Assembly (NCBI GenBank): GCA_042408215.1
Contig: JAYFMW010000006.1
Location: 224,001-288,000, forward strand
Reading direction: 5' to 3'
Length of the DNA: 64,000 nt
Origin: Microcoleus sp.
Lineage (GTDB): Bacteria; Cyanobacteriota; Cyanobacteriia; Cyanobacteriales; Microcoleaceae
The notes beneath the pieces were generated by a model. The model was given only the letters and a program-made list of their open reading frames with translations. It was not told the origin of the DNA and searched no databases. Positions 31,275-43,200 of this stretch are shown here, piece by piece (positions within the stretch are counted from its first letter, which is position 1; each line of letters begins with the position of its first letter). Made by a program: the position numbers and the translations under genes.

Positions 31275-31950
31275 TGCTTTTTCCTCTAAACTTCAGCTCA
31301 GTTCGGTCTAAGGACAGGACAATTTATTGATGTAGTTTTGTTGCCAAAACGATCTCGAAATATTAAGAAGTCTTGACTTCCGAGTCGTGAGTTGTTAGCT
31401 GTATCCTGTCCGCCAATCATTAAAAATGATTAACTCACCTTGACAGCTAGCTTTTCCTCGTGCTAAGCATCTTCTAGATAATCACTAAAAGTTTGATCCC
31501 CGGCTAGTAAAAGTGAATTAGAGTGTAATTTTCGCGCTGATTATGCCATAGGCTGCATTAATCTATTTTTTTGTTGCCTCTATTTATAGACTATCACTTT
31601 TTTAGCAAAATACAAGATAGGTGCGAAATTTTCCCTTGGTTTCCAAAAGTAAAAACATGGCAGTGGCTAGGGTGTGTTTTCTTGCCCCGGAGATCCCCCC
31701 TAGCTTTCCCCCTAGCTTTCCCCCCTAGCTGTCCCCCTACTCACACCCTACTCCCTTCTGAAGGGGGGAGAATGAGCGTCTTTCGTCAACCCCTACTCAC
31801 ACCCTACTCCCTTGAGAAGGGCGATTTAGGGGGTTCTGAATCTGATGGGAAAGATCGATTAAACTATTCCCTATTGTATATTTCAGCATTGAATTGTTTA
31901 TATGCTATAATGCTCAGTACGACTGCTTTACGATAAAAATCTGGGTATTT

Positions 31951-34900
31951 ATGATATCAGTTTTGAACCCAACCGCAGAGCGAAACGGCTTTAAGGTTCT
32001 TCTCGTCGAAGACAATCGGGACGAAGCGGAGCTGATTGAAGAATTATTATTAGAAACTAATGTGGGCCGACAGGTGTCTCAAAGGTTGTCAGTAAGCTCT
32101 ACAGATCGTCTCAGCAAAGCGCAGCAGCTTTTACTAACAGAAAAATTTGATGTCATTTTACTAGACCTTTCCCTACCCGACAGCCAAGACTTAACTACAA
32201 TTGTAAAAATTCAAGAATACAGCGTAAATACTCCGATCGTTGTACTCACGGCCCGCAACGATGAAGAACTAGCCCTGCAATCAATCCAAACAGGAGCTCA
32301 AGATTATCTAGTCAAAAGAAAAATCGACAGCGAACTGTTAATGCGCTCCATGCGCTACGCAATTGAGCGACAGCACAATCAAGAAGCTTTGCGAAAAAGT
32401 GAAGAAAAATATCGCTCGGTAGTCGAGAATTCCCTAGTCGGAATCGCCATTATTGCCCCTCCTCCTTCCCCGTCAGAAATCCAGAAATTCGGCTGGCTAG
32501 AAGTCAACGATGCTTTGTGCGATTTGCTGGGATACGAGCGCGAAGAACTGTTGCAGGAGAATTGGGAGCAATTGAGTTTTCCTGAAGACTGGCCAGCCAG
32601 TTTAGATGAGTTAAATAAACTTTTAGCAGGTACTGGCGACAGCTACGTTTTAGACAAAAGGTGGCGCAAAAAAGACGGAGAAATAGTTTATACTAGAGTT
32701 TCGGTGCGCTGCATCCGCCGCCCGGACGGAGCGATCGACCGGATGATTAAAGTCGTCTTGGATGTGAGCGATCGCTACCGCTACGAACTCCAATTAAAAA
32801 CATCAGAAGAGTTTTTAAAGCACACGATTAATGCTACTCCCGACCCAATTTTTGTCAAAGATGAGCGACACCGCTGGGTTGTATTAAATGACGCTTTCTG
32901 CGAGTTGATGGGAAAACCGCGACCAGAACTTATAGGCAAGTCTGGATACGACTTTTTACCCCAAGAAAAAGCAACATTGTTTTTCCAAAAAGACGAAGAG
33001 GTATTGAGAACTGGCATCCCTGATGAAACAGAAGAACAATTTACAGACAGCGCCGGCAAAGAACGCATCATCTCGACTAAAAAAAGCGTATTTAAAACAA
33101 ATGACAGCAGTAAAATGTTAGTCGGCACAATTCGAGATGTCACCGAGTACAAAGGCCAACAAGCAGCTTTGGAACAGAGCGAAGCTAGGTTTCAAAAAAT
33201 GGTAGCCAACGTGCCGGGAATGATTTATCAATTCCGCGTCGAGGCGGGCGGGAGAAAGTATTTTACCTACGTTTCTTATGGCTGCAAGAACCTTTACCAA
33301 TTAGAACCGCAAGAAATAGAAAACAAGAGAGATTTGGCTTGTGAAACAATTCATCCAGATGAGCTCACAGGCTTTGAACAATCGATCGAAATTTCAGCAA
33401 CGACTCTGGAACCTTGGCAACACCAGTGGCGGCAAATTATCCACGGCCAAGTGAAGTGGCTGCAAGGCGCAGCGAAACCGGAAAAGCAAGCCAATGGCGA
33501 TCTAGTTTGGGATGGTTTGGTGATGGATGTTACCGAATTAAAACAAACTCAGCAAGAGCGCGATCGCTTTTTTAGCATTTCGCTAGATTTGCTTTGTATT
33601 GCAGGTTTTGACGGCTATTTCAAACGCTTAAACCCCGCTTGGCAAACTGCATTAGGTTACAGCACAGCCGAACTTCTAGGGAAACCTTTTATAGAATTTG
33701 TGCATCCAGAAGACCGAGAAATAATCATAGCTGAATTGGAAACACTCAAAGGTGGCAACCCCGTTATCAACTTAGAAAACCGCTATCTTTGCCAAGATGG
33801 TACTTATAAATGGCTGTCGTGGACGGCATCGCCATTTGCTGAAGAAGGTTTAATTTATGCAGTTGTCCGCGACGTGACATTAAACAAGCAAGCAGAAACA
33901 GAATTGCGACACAGCGAAGCCACCAACCGCGCTCTTTTAAACGCCATACCAGACATGATGTTTCGATGTCGCGCTGACGGCACTTTTGTAGACTTCAAAC
34001 CCGCAAAAGACCTCCGTACTATCATACCGGAAAATATATTTTTAGGGAAAAAAGTACAAGACATTTTGCCGTCTGCTTTTGCTGAAAAAATCGTATCTGG
34101 CAACAAACAAGCGATCGACAACGGTGAGATTCAAATCGTAGAATATCTCATGTCAGTTAATGGTGAACTGTACGATTTTGAAGCGAGAATTGTGTTTTGT
34201 ACGGATGAGGAAATTATCGCGATCGTCCGCAATATCACTGAGCGGAAACGCTCCGAGTCAGCAATCCAGCGACAAGCAGCAGCAATGGCCGCCGCTTCCG
34301 AGGGCATCGGCATCGTCAATGCTGACGGAGAGATGATTTATTGCAACGCAGCTAAACTCAAAATGTACGGTTACGACTCTCCCGAAGAATTGTTAGGCAA
34401 AAGTTGGAAAATATTCTACGAAGGTGCAGAACTGCAAAAGTTCGAGCAAGAAGTCATGCCGGCTTTAGTGCAGAAAGGTTGTTACAGCACCGAAGCTGTA
34501 GGATGCCGCCGCGACGGCTCAAAATTTCCTCAAGAACTCTCGCTGACAATGCTTGCAGGTGGCGAAGTTATTTCTATTGTTCGCGATATTTCTGCTAGAA
34601 AAAAAGCCGAACTAGAGCTGCAAGATAGTCAGCGGTTCGCCGAAATAATTGCTGAGGCTAGTCCTAATATTTTGTATGTTTACGACTTGAGAGAACACAA
34701 AGTTATTTATGCTAATGCTTCTATAGTTCACATTCTCGGCTATACAGTAGAAGAGATTCAGGCAATGGGGGTGGAGATGGTTTCAACTTTAATGCACCCC
34801 GAAGATTTAATAAAAATGCCCAATTATTTACAGCAAGTAGAAACTGGTGGCAAAGGCGATATCTTTGAAATTGAATACAGAATGCAGCATAAGGATGGTT

Positions 34901-37900
34901 CTTGGCGCTGGATTGTCAGCCGAGATACTGTATTTATGAAAACAGCATCAGGTCAATTAAAACAAATTCTCGGTACGGGAACTGACATTACTGAACGCAA
35001 GCAAACAGAAGATGAAATTAAGTTGTTGCTAGCAGCAACTCAAGCCATTAGTCAGTCGGCAGATTTCGATCGCGCTCTCGCCAATATTTTGCGGTTGCTG
35101 TGCAATGCGATCGGCTGGAATTTTGCCGAAGCTTGGATACCCGCGGAGGACGGTACTGTTTTGGAATACAGCCAAAGTTGGTACGCTAGCGACCAGAATT
35201 TAGAGGCCTTCGGACGCGAAAGCAATAAGTTTGTATTTGCACGGGGAGTCGGAGTGCCTGGGCGAATTTGGCTGACTAAACAAATGGAGTGGAGAGAAGA
35301 TATATCGAATTGCGTAAATCCCGTTTTCTCGCGATCGCAAATCGCAGCAAAAAGTGGATTGAAAGCTTGTTTCGGAATACCAATTCGCGCTGAGGGAGAA
35401 GTGCTGGCAGTTTTAGTATTTTACCAGCGCCGCCCATCGACTCTAGAGAGCCGTATAGTAGAGTTAGTACAGGCAGTCGCGACTCAGTTGGGTTCTCATA
35501 TTCAGCGCAAACAAGCAGAAGAAAAATTGCGAAAAAGCGAAGAACGTTGGCAGTTAGTTCTTAAGGGAAATCAAGACGGAATTTGGGACTTGAACCTCAA
35601 AACAAATGAAGTTTTTCGCTCGGCTCGCTGGAAAGAAATCATCGGTTACGCAGACAGTGAAATTGATGCTCTTCAAAGCGAATGGACTGAGCAAATTCAC
35701 CCCGAAGATGCCTCGCGAGTCCAAGCTGCTATCCAAGATTACCTCGATCGCCAAACCCCGAATTACGCCGCCGAATATCGCCTGCTGTGCAAAGACGGCA
35801 GCTACAAGTGGGTACTCGCCCGGGCTCAAGCAGTGTGGGATGCCGGAAAACCCCTGCGGATGGTGGGTTCCCTGACTGATATCAGCGATCGCAAACAAGC
35901 AGAATTAGAGCTGTTGCAAGTCACTCAAGCCGTCGAAAGTACCAGCGACGCGATCGTGATTACCGACTTGAAAGGACGCTCTATTTACCACAACCAAGCC
36001 TTCATTCAGCGGTACGGCTACACAGTTGAAGAACTCAACCTTACCAATGCGGCCGAGGCGATGTACGTCCAACCTCAAATTTACAAACAGATCTATAAAA
36101 CCATTCGCAGCGGCTTGTCATGGAGCGACGAAATTGAACTGAAAACTCTGAACGGTGAAGCAGTAACAACTCTGGTTCGAGCCGACAAGATTCAAGATGA
36201 GAATGGCAAGTTTAGCGGTTCAGTTGGAGTAATTACTGATATCAGCGAACGCAAAAAAGTCGAAGAAACTTTGCGCCAGCAATTAAAACGGGAGCAACTA
36301 GCAGTAGCCATGCTCGAACGCATTCGCTCTTCTTTAAATTTAGCAGAAATTTTGACCAAAGCAGTCGAAGAAGTGCGGCATTTTTTGCAAGTAGACCGCA
36401 CTGTTATTTACCAATTTAGTCCTAATTGGAGCGGGTTTATAGCTGTCGAGTCGGTGGACGAAAATTGCATGGCACTTGCGGGCATGGAAATTTACGACCC
36501 CTGTTTTGGCGAAGCCTACGTTTCCCTGTACAGAGACGGCAGAATTATAGCTACAGATGATGTTTACAATGCTGGCCTCGCCGACTGCCACTTGAATCTG
36601 TTAACTCAGCTTCAGGTAAGAGCTAATCTGGTAGTACCGATTTTGCAAGGCGAAAACTTGTGGGGGTTGTTAATTGCCCACCACTGCACGGGCCCCCGGA
36701 ACTGGCAGCAATTTGAGGTCGAGTGTCTGAAGCAATTGGGCGTGCAGTTGGCGATCGCGATCCAACAATCTACTTTGTTTCAAAAGGCGCAAACTGAAAT
36801 TGCCGATCGCAAACAAGCAGAAGCCGCCCTGCAATTAGCTAAAGAATCCGCCGAAGCTGCCAACCGCGCTAAAAGTGACTTTCTCGCCAACATGAGTCAC
36901 GAACTTCGGACACCTTTGAACGGCATTTTAGGATACATTCAACTACTCAAACCGGATAAAAATTTAACTGCGGAGCAACAGGAGAGCCTGATTAACGTTC
37001 AACATTGTGGCGAACACCTGCTGATGCTAATTAATGACGTTTTAGATCTAGCGAAAATAGAAGCTAGTAAAATGGAAATCTCCCCGACTGATGTGAATTT
37101 TCCTAACTTGATTAAAAGTATTGCTGACTTGTTTCAGATGCGAGCGGATCAAAAAGGAATTGCCTTTAATTTCGAGCAGTTATCCCCGCTGCCAGACTGC
37201 GTTTTAGCTGACGAAAAAAGGCTGCGACAAGTTTTGATTAATTTGCTGAGCAATGCGGTGAAGTTTACTAAGCTCGGTGGAGTGAAATTCCAAGTTGGTT
37301 ATGTGGAGAATGCCACGGAAAATTCAACTCAAATAAACGCAATTAATTCTAATATAAGAGCGGAGGTTAGCGCTCAGAAAGTAAACTCGACGGGGAATAT
37401 AGAACCGGAGAAAGAGTCGAAACCACCGCGAAAAACCAGAAAAGTGCGATCGAGCCTCACAGCAGCAAATTCGGCCGCCTCCCCCGCCACTAAAATTCGC
37501 TTTCAAATTGAAGATACGGGTATTGGCATCCAACAGAACAAATTAGAAGAAATATTTTTGCCATTTCATCAAGTGGGCGATCGTCACAATTTTGTTGAAG
37601 GTACCGGATTGGGACTTTCCATCAGCCAAAAAATAGTTACCCTGATGGGCAGCCAAATTCGCGTCCAAAGTACCTTGGGCAAAGGCAGCATTTTTTGGTT
37701 GGATCTAGACTTGCCCGCAGTCGCCCAGTGTTCTGAAGTCCCCTCAGCGCCTGAAAAACGCCGACTTGTCGGTTTTGTCGGTAGCCAGCGCAAACTGCTA
37801 TTAGTAGACGACAATGAAGTAAATCGCGCCATGCTGCACAGGATGCTTTCTCGTTTGGGCTTTGAAATAGCACAAGCCACAGACGGCGAAGACTGCTTGC

Positions 37901-38445
37901 ACAAAGCACTGGAATTTCAACCGGATCTAATTTTAATGGACTTACTGATGCCCGTAATGGACGGCTGGGAAGCTACCAGGCGGCTGCGGCAGTTGCCGAA
38001 ATTCAAAGATACAGTTGTTCTTGCTCTATCCGCTAGCGTTTACGAGACTACCAGACAAGAGAGTATACTTGCAGGTTGCGATAATTTTCTCACCAAACCT
38101 ATTGAAACTAACGAGCTTTTAGAATTGTTGCGCGTACATTTGGCACTAGAATGGATTTACGAAGACGGATCGTCCGGCAAAAAACGGAAAGCTCAAACCC
38201 CAAAAACAGCATCAGACTTGGCTGCTGCTGACGGGGCGATCGTGTCTCCAGCCTCGGAGTCAGTCTTGGCATTGTTAAGATTGTCTGCAATGGGCGATAT
38301 TGAAGCTATTCTGGAGGAAATTACTAAACTTGAAAATTCTGACCCCAAATTAGTTCCTTTCGTTCACCACTTGCGCCAACTTGCTAAAGGATTTCAGCTT
38401 AAGCAAATTCGAGATTTTCTGAAGCAACATTTGTCGGATAATTAA
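31951..38445 (+). CDS. Hybrid sensor kinase: REC, multiple PAS, GAF, DXCF cyanobacteriochrome GAF, HisKA/HATPase, REC
   Basis: LLVEDN...DVILLDLSLPD; many PAS/PAC motifs; YDPCF...LADCH; FLANMSHELRTPLN; NLLSNAVKFT; GTGLGLSI; DLILMDLLMP. Confidence 0.92.
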   Translation: MISVLNPTAERNGFKVLLVEDNRDEAELIEELLLETNVGRQVSQRLSVSSTDRLSKAQQLLLTEKFDVILLDLSLPDSQDLTTIVKIQEYSVNTPIVVLTARNDEELALQSIQTGAQDYLVKRKIDSELLMRSMRYAIERQHNQEALRKSEEKYRSVVENSLVGIAIIAPPPSPSEIQKFGWLEVNDALCDLLGYEREELLQENWEQLSFPEDWPASLDELNKLLAGTGDSYVLDKRWRKKDGEIVYTRVSVRCIRRPDGAIDRMIKVVLDVSDRYRYELQLKTSEEFLKHTINATPDPIFVKDERHRWVVLNDAFCELMGKPRPELIGKSGYDFLPQEKATLFFQKDEEVLRTGIPDETEEQFTDSAGKERIISTKKSVFKTNDSSKMLVGTIRDVTEYKGQQAALEQSEARFQKMVANVPGMIYQFRVEAGGRKYFTYVSYGCKNLYQLEPQEIENKRDLACETIHPDELTGFEQSIEISATTLEPWQHQWRQIIHGQVKWLQGAAKPEKQANGDLVWDGLVMDVTELKQTQQERDRFFSISLDLLCIAGFDGYFKRLNPAWQTALGYSTAELLGKPFIEFVHPEDREIIIAELETLKGGNPVINLENRYLCQDGTYKWLSWTASPFAEEGLIYAVVRDVTLNKQAETELRHSEATNRALLNAIPDMMFRCRADGTFVDFKPAKDLRTIIPENIFLGKKVQDILPSAFAEKIVSGNKQAIDNGEIQIVEYLMSVNGELYDFEARIVFCTDEEIIAIVRNITERKRSESAIQRQAAAMAAASEGIGIVNADGEMIYCNAAKLKMYGYDSPEELLGKSWKIFYEGAELQKFEQEVMPALVQKGCYSTEAVGCRRDGSKFPQELSLTMLAGGEVISIVRDISARKKAELELQDSQRFAEIIAEASPNILYVYDLREHKVIYANASIVHILGYTVEEIQAMGVEMVSTLMHPEDLIKMPNYLQQVETGGKGDIFEIEYRMQHKDGSWRWIVSRDTVFMKTASGQLKQILGTGTDITERKQTEDEIKLLLAATQAISQSADFDRALANILRLLCNAIGWNFAEAWIPAEDGTVLEYSQSWYASDQNLEAFGRESNKFVFARGVGVPGRIWLTKQMEWREDISNCVNPVFSRSQIAAKSGLKACFGIPIRAEGEVLAVLVFYQRRPSTLESRIVELVQAVATQLGSHIQRKQAEEKLRKSEERWQLVLKGNQDGIWDLNLKTNEVFRSARWKEIIGYADSEIDALQSEWTEQIHPEDASRVQAAIQDYLDRQTPNYAAEYRLLCKDGSYKWVLARAQAVWDAGKPLRMVGSLTDISDRKQAELELLQVTQAVESTSDAIVITDLKGRSIYHNQAFIQRYGYTVEELNLTNAAEAMYVQPQIYKQIYKTIRSGLSWSDEIELKTLNGEAVTTLVRADKIQDENGKFSGSVGVITDISERKKVEETLRQQLKREQLAVAMLERIRSSLNLAEILTKAVEEVRHFLQVDRTVIYQFSPNWSGFIAVESVDENCMALAGMEIYDPCFGEAYVSLYRDGRIIATDDVYNAGLADCHLNLLTQLQVRANLVVPILQGENLWGLLIAHHCTGPRNWQQFEVECLKQLGVQLAIAIQQSTLFQKAQTEIADRKQAEAALQLAKESAEAANRAKSDFLANMSHELRTPLNGILGYIQLLKPDKNLTAEQQESLINVQHCGEHLLMLINDVLDLAKIEASKMEISPTDVNFPNLIKSIADLFQMRADQKGIAFNFEQLSPLPDCVLADEKRLRQVLINLLSNAVKFTKLGGVKFQVGYVENATENSTQINAINSNIRAEVSAQKVNSTGNIEPEKESKPPRKTRKVRSSLTAANSAASPATKIRFQIEDTGIGIQQNKLEEIFLPFHQVGDRHNFVEGTGLGLSISQKIVTLMGSQIRVQSTLGKGSIFWLDLDLPAVAQCSEVPSAPEKRRLVGFVGSQRKLLLVDDNEVNRAMLHRMLSRLGFEIAQATDGEDCLHKALEFQPDLILMDLLMPVMDGWEATRRLRQLPKFKDTVVLALSASVYETTRQESILAGCDNFLTKPIETNELLELLRVHLALEWIYEDGSSGKKRKAQTPKTASDLAAADGAIVSPASESVLALLRLSAMGDIEAILEEITKLENSDPKLVPFVHHLRQLAKGFQLKQIRDFLKQHLSDN

Positions 38446-38529
38446 CTATCGCTAAGAAGTTGTAAGTTGACAGTTATGATTGTGACAAACAAATCAAAAT
38501 CATTGGACTGCGATTTCAACTCACAAGTC

Positions 38530-38657
38530 ATATCAAATCCGTTAGCATCGGAATAGTAAATTTGAGTTAACAGTTAACAGTCAACAGTTAACAGTTAACA
38601 GTTAACAGTCAACAGTCAACAATCAACAATCACCTGACGGTGCAACCGGAATTGATC
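38530..38657. mobile_element. MITE carrying an internal AACAGT(T/C) heptamer array; sibling at 61597..61740
   Basis: Shared TATCAAATCC...TCGGAATAGTAAATTTGAGTTAACAG...TGCAACCGGAATTGAT. Confidence 0.75.
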
Positions 38658-38691
38658 TCGCAACTATCAAACTTGATTTATCTCCTTGATT

Positions 38692-39900
38692 ATGAACCCC
38701 AAAAATTCCGAAAGAAGCATCATACTAATTGTCGATGACAACCAGACAAATCTCGACGTACTTTTCGAGTTGTTGAGGAATTATGGGTTTAAAGTATTAG
38801 TGGCTCTCGACGGTGAAAGTGCGATCGAGCAAACTGAATATATCCACCCAGACCTGATTCTTTTGGACATCATGATGCCGGGAATTGACGGGTTTGAAAC
38901 TTGCCGTCGCTTGAAAGCAGACCCGCCAACCCGAGATATTCCCATCATATTTATGAGCGCCCTTTCCGATACAATTGATAAAGTAAAAGGCTTTCAGGCT
39001 GGAGCAGTTGACTACATTACCAAACCGTTTCAGCACGAAGAAGTATTGAGCCGAATTGAAACTCACTTGACTATCCGCAGCTTGCAAAAAAAACTGCAAG
39101 AGAAAAACGCAGAACTTGCCCACCTCAACCAAAACCTGGAAAGACTGATCGAACAAAAAACTAAGCAACTCATCGACCAGGAAAAAACAGCCATCATCGG
39201 TCGCTTGACCCAAGGAATGGTTCACAACCTAAAAAGTCCGCTGCAAGTGATCCAGACTAGCGTCGATTTGATTGAAACAAAAGCGACTAAAATTCAGGAA
39301 GACTCATTTTATAATTATACCAAGTATATTATTCAATCTGTCACAAAAATCAATCAGATTATGGATACTCTGATGATTAAAAGCAGAAAAGAGCAAAACC
39401 AAGATTTGCAGCTTGTTAATATTAACGATTTAGTGCAGCGAGAACTTCAGCTATTGGAAGGAAATTTGTATTTTAAAAATAAAATTAAGAAAAAATATGT
39501 TTTTGACGAGCAAATTGATAGCATTCCCTTACTGTATTCTTATATTTCTCAAGTATTTTACAATTTAATTAACAATGCGATGGATTCTATGTGGGAAAAA
39601 AAAACCAGGGAACTGACTATTGTTACTAGGCAAGATGAATCGAAAATATATATGGATCTTGCCGATACAGGCTGCGGAATAGCACCGGAAGATTTGTCAA
39701 AACTTTTTGACCCTTTCTACAGTTCAAAACCACCTAAAGGAGAGGAAAAAAAAGAGGGCGAACCCACTGGAACTGGACTGGGACTTTATACTTGCATTGA
39801 ACTTTTAAAACCTTTTAACGGCGAGATTGCAATTAGCAGCAATCTCGGCAAGGGCAGCGTGTTTACAGTTGTGCTACCAAAACAGCAGAAAGCTGGATGA
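38692..39900 (+). CDS. REC-histidine kinase hybrid
   Basis: IVDDN...DLILLDIMMPGIDG...DYITKPF; GMVHNLKSPL; NLINNAMD; GTGLGL. Confidence 0.9.
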   Translation: MNPKNSERSIILIVDDNQTNLDVLFELLRNYGFKVLVALDGESAIEQTEYIHPDLILLDIMMPGIDGFETCRRLKADPPTRDIPIIFMSALSDTIDKVKGFQAGAVDYITKPFQHEEVLSRIETHLTIRSLQKKLQEKNAELAHLNQNLERLIEQKTKQLIDQEKTAIIGRLTQGMVHNLKSPLQVIQTSVDLIETKATKIQEDSFYNYTKYIIQSVTKINQIMDTLMIKSRKEQNQDLQLVNINDLVQRELQLLEGNLYFKNKIKKKYVFDEQIDSIPLLYSYISQVFYNLINNAMDSMWEKKTRELTIVTRQDESKIYMDLADTGCGIAPEDLSKLFDPFYSSKPPKGEEKKEGEPTGTGLGLYTCIELLKPFNGEIAISSNLGKGSVFTVVLPKQQKAG

Positions 39901-39965
39901 AATTGGCTAGAATGGCAAACTGCCAGGACTTATGCAAAGCCTCTATCTGTAGGGAGACGGCACTG

Positions 39966-40180
39966 CCCATTCGTGTCAACAACCAGGTTAAACTTATTAC
40001 CAGTCTCTGTCTTCCTTCTACGGTCTTCCCGATCCCCCCTAACCCCCCTTAATAAGGGGGGAACCGGAAAGGATCAAAGTCAACCCCTACTCCTCGACTA
40101 TCAGGGGGATTTAGGGGGATCTAGACTCAGGTAAAAGCGATATTTATCAAGGGTTTTAGTCTTAAGTTGACACCTATGGG
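39966..40180. mobile_element. MITE with TIR CCCAT..GTGTCAAC and 5-bp CACTG duplication
   Basis: CACTG|cccattcgtgtcaac...gttgacacctatggg|CACTG. Confidence 0.75.
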
Positions 40181-40215
40181 CACTGCCCTCTTATTTTTTA
40201 TTAAAAATTAGCAAA

Positions 40216-43200
40216 ATGATATCTGTTTTTGACCCAACTTTGACGCCTGGCTTGAAAGTTCTTTTAGTTGAAGACTGTGCAGAGGATGCGGAACTAATTC
40301 AAGAACTGCTGTTAGAAAGCAGACTGGGAAAATCTATTAATTTGACAAATGTTGTTCGCCTCAGCGCAGCTATAGAAATTTTAAGCAACGAGATTTTTGA
40401 CGTAATTTTGTTAGATATTTCCCTACCTGACTGCCAACAATTTAATCCTCTTTTCCGGCTGCAAGATTACGGTATAAATACTCCGATCGTCATTTTAACT
40501 GCCACCGATGACGAAGAACTAGCCGTCGAGTTAATTGCCGCAGGTGCCCAAGATTATCTGGTGAAAAGACAAGTAGACAGCCGGTTGTTGATGCGGACGA
40601 TCAGGTGCGCGATTGTCCGCCAAAAACGGCAAGCAGAATGGCAAGAAAATACAGACAAAGTTTTAGTCCAAGAACAATTGGAAGCTAGTAAAAATTTTTT
40701 GAATTATACGATAGATGCACTTGCCGATCCAATTTTTGTGAAAGACGAACAGCACCGCTGGATACTGGTAAATGATGCTTTTTGCAATTTGCTCGGTAAG
40801 CAGCGTCAGGAACTGCTAGGCAAGTCAGATTATGACTTTGTGCCAAAAGCAGAAGCTGATATTTTTTGGCAGAATGACGAACAGGTATTTAGGACAGGGG
40901 AACAAAACGAAAACGAGGAAATATTTACTGACACCTGTGGCGAAAAGCACATTTTGTCTACGAAAAAAACTGCATTTAATCATACCGATGGTAGTAAATT
41001 TTTAGTGGGTGTAATCCGAGATATTACTGAAGATAGGCGCAAACAATTAGCGCTGCAAAAAAGCGAAGCTAGACTGTCGCAATTAGAAGAAAGATGGCGA
41101 TCGCTTGTTAAAAATATCCCTGGTGCTATCTACCGTTGTCAGTACGATACTGATTGGAGGATCGAATTTATTAGCGATGAAATTGAGGCAATTAGTGGCT
41201 ACCCTGCTGGGGATTTTATCGGCAATCACCGCTTGAGTTTTGCTAACATTGTTCACTCCGAAGACACTGCAATGCTCGATCGCAAAGTTAGGGAAGCGGT
41301 AGAGTCCAGACAGCCTTACTATGTAGAATACCAGATTGTCCGTGCTGACGGCGCGGTGCGGTGGATGTCGGAAACAGGCCGACCAAGTTATGATTCAGCA
41401 GGGCGAGTTTTGTGGCTGGATGGAGCGATTTTTGATATTACCGATCGCAAACAAGCCGAACTGACTCTGCGCCTGGTGACTCAAGCTGTCGAAAGTGCTA
41501 GTGATGCGATCGCGATCGCAGATTTGGACGGCTATTCAATTTATCACAATCAAACATTTATTCAGCGCTATGGCTATACAGTTGAGGAACTAAATAACAG
41601 CGGCGGCCCAGCAGTAATGTACGCAAAATCTCAAGAGTTGAGGAAGTTATTTAGGGTGTTGCGGAAAGGCTTGCCCTGGAGTGGTGAAATCGAACTTAAA
41701 GATAAAAATGGCGAAATTATCGCAACCCAATTGCGGGCTGACTGCATTAAAGATAGCGATGGCAAACCAATAGGAATGATGGCGATCATTGCCGACCTCA
41801 CAGAACTAAAACGTGCCGAATCGGCATTGCGACTCTCTCAAGAACGATTGCAGTTGGCAGTATTGGGCAGCTCTTTGGGGCTGTGGGATTGGAGTATAGC
41901 TACTGGCGAAACTTATTTCGATTCGCAGTGGAAAGCAATGCTCGGCTATGCAGAAACTGAAATAGAAAATAATGTAAAAGCTTGGGAAAACCTGCTGCAT
42001 CCCGAAGACAGACTGAAGGTGATGTCAGTTTTACAAACTTATTTAGAAGGTCGCAACGATCTCTATGAAGTTGAATTTCGGATGCTCAACAAAACCGGAA
42101 ATTGGCAGTGGATTATGGCGCTGGGGAAGGTGGTAGAGTACGACGAATGGGGGGCACCGCTGCGGATGGCTGGTACTCATAAAGATATCAGCGGCCGCGT
42201 TGCAGCCGAAGCTGAAAAAACGCAATTAATCGCATCATTACAACAACTTGCTGCTCAGTTGCAAGAAGCGCAAAAAATTGCCCGCATTGGCAATTGGGAA
42301 TTCGATCTTGCCACAGGAATGATTAGTTGGTCGCAGGAAGTGTTTCGAGTTTACGGTCGAGAATTGGGCCTACCGCCGACGCCGGAGGAAATTGTAGAGC
42401 AAATTCATCCCGATGACAGAGAAAGGTTTACAGAAGTTCTGCAAAGGGCAATGAATGAAGGGACTGCTTGCGACATCGACCACCGTATCTGTTTTCCCCT
42501 CGGAGAAATCAGGTATGTCAATACTAAAGGACAGGCTCTTAATAATGAGTTAGGTGAGGTGGTGCGGCTATTTGGAACCGCAATGGATCTTACAGATCGA
42601 AAACTTGCAGAAATTGCTTTGCGAGAAAGCGAACAGCGATTTCGGGCTGTCTTTGAGCAAGCGGCAATTGGCATTGTTCAAGTCTGGCTAGACGGTCAAT
42701 TATTGAAGGTTAATCAAGGGTTTTGCAATATTGTTGGATACTCAGTAGCGGAACTGAGGTTGCGAACTGTTTCGGAGATTTCTCACCCGGAAGATTTAGA
42801 TTCGGAAATCGAGTCGGGGAGCAGAATGCTGGCTGGCGAAATTTTGAATTATTCCATTGAGAAACGCTTTCTTCGCAAAGATGGTTCATTTGTTTGGACA
42901 AATGTGACTGTATCTTTGGTGCGGGATGCGTTTGGGGAACCGAGTTACATAATTAGCGTTGTTGAAGATATTAGCGATCGCAAACTTGCAGAGGCAATCT
43001 TGCGGCAGCAATTAAAGCGAGAACGGCTGGTAGTAGCGATACTGGAACGTATTCGCTCCTCTCTTAATTTAGAAGAAATCTTAACAACAACTGTTGCAGA
43101 AGTGCGGCAGTTTTTGCAAACAGACCGGACAATTATTTATCGATTTAATCCCGATTGGAGCGGGGTTGTAGTTGTCGAGTCTGTCGGCGAAAATTGGATT

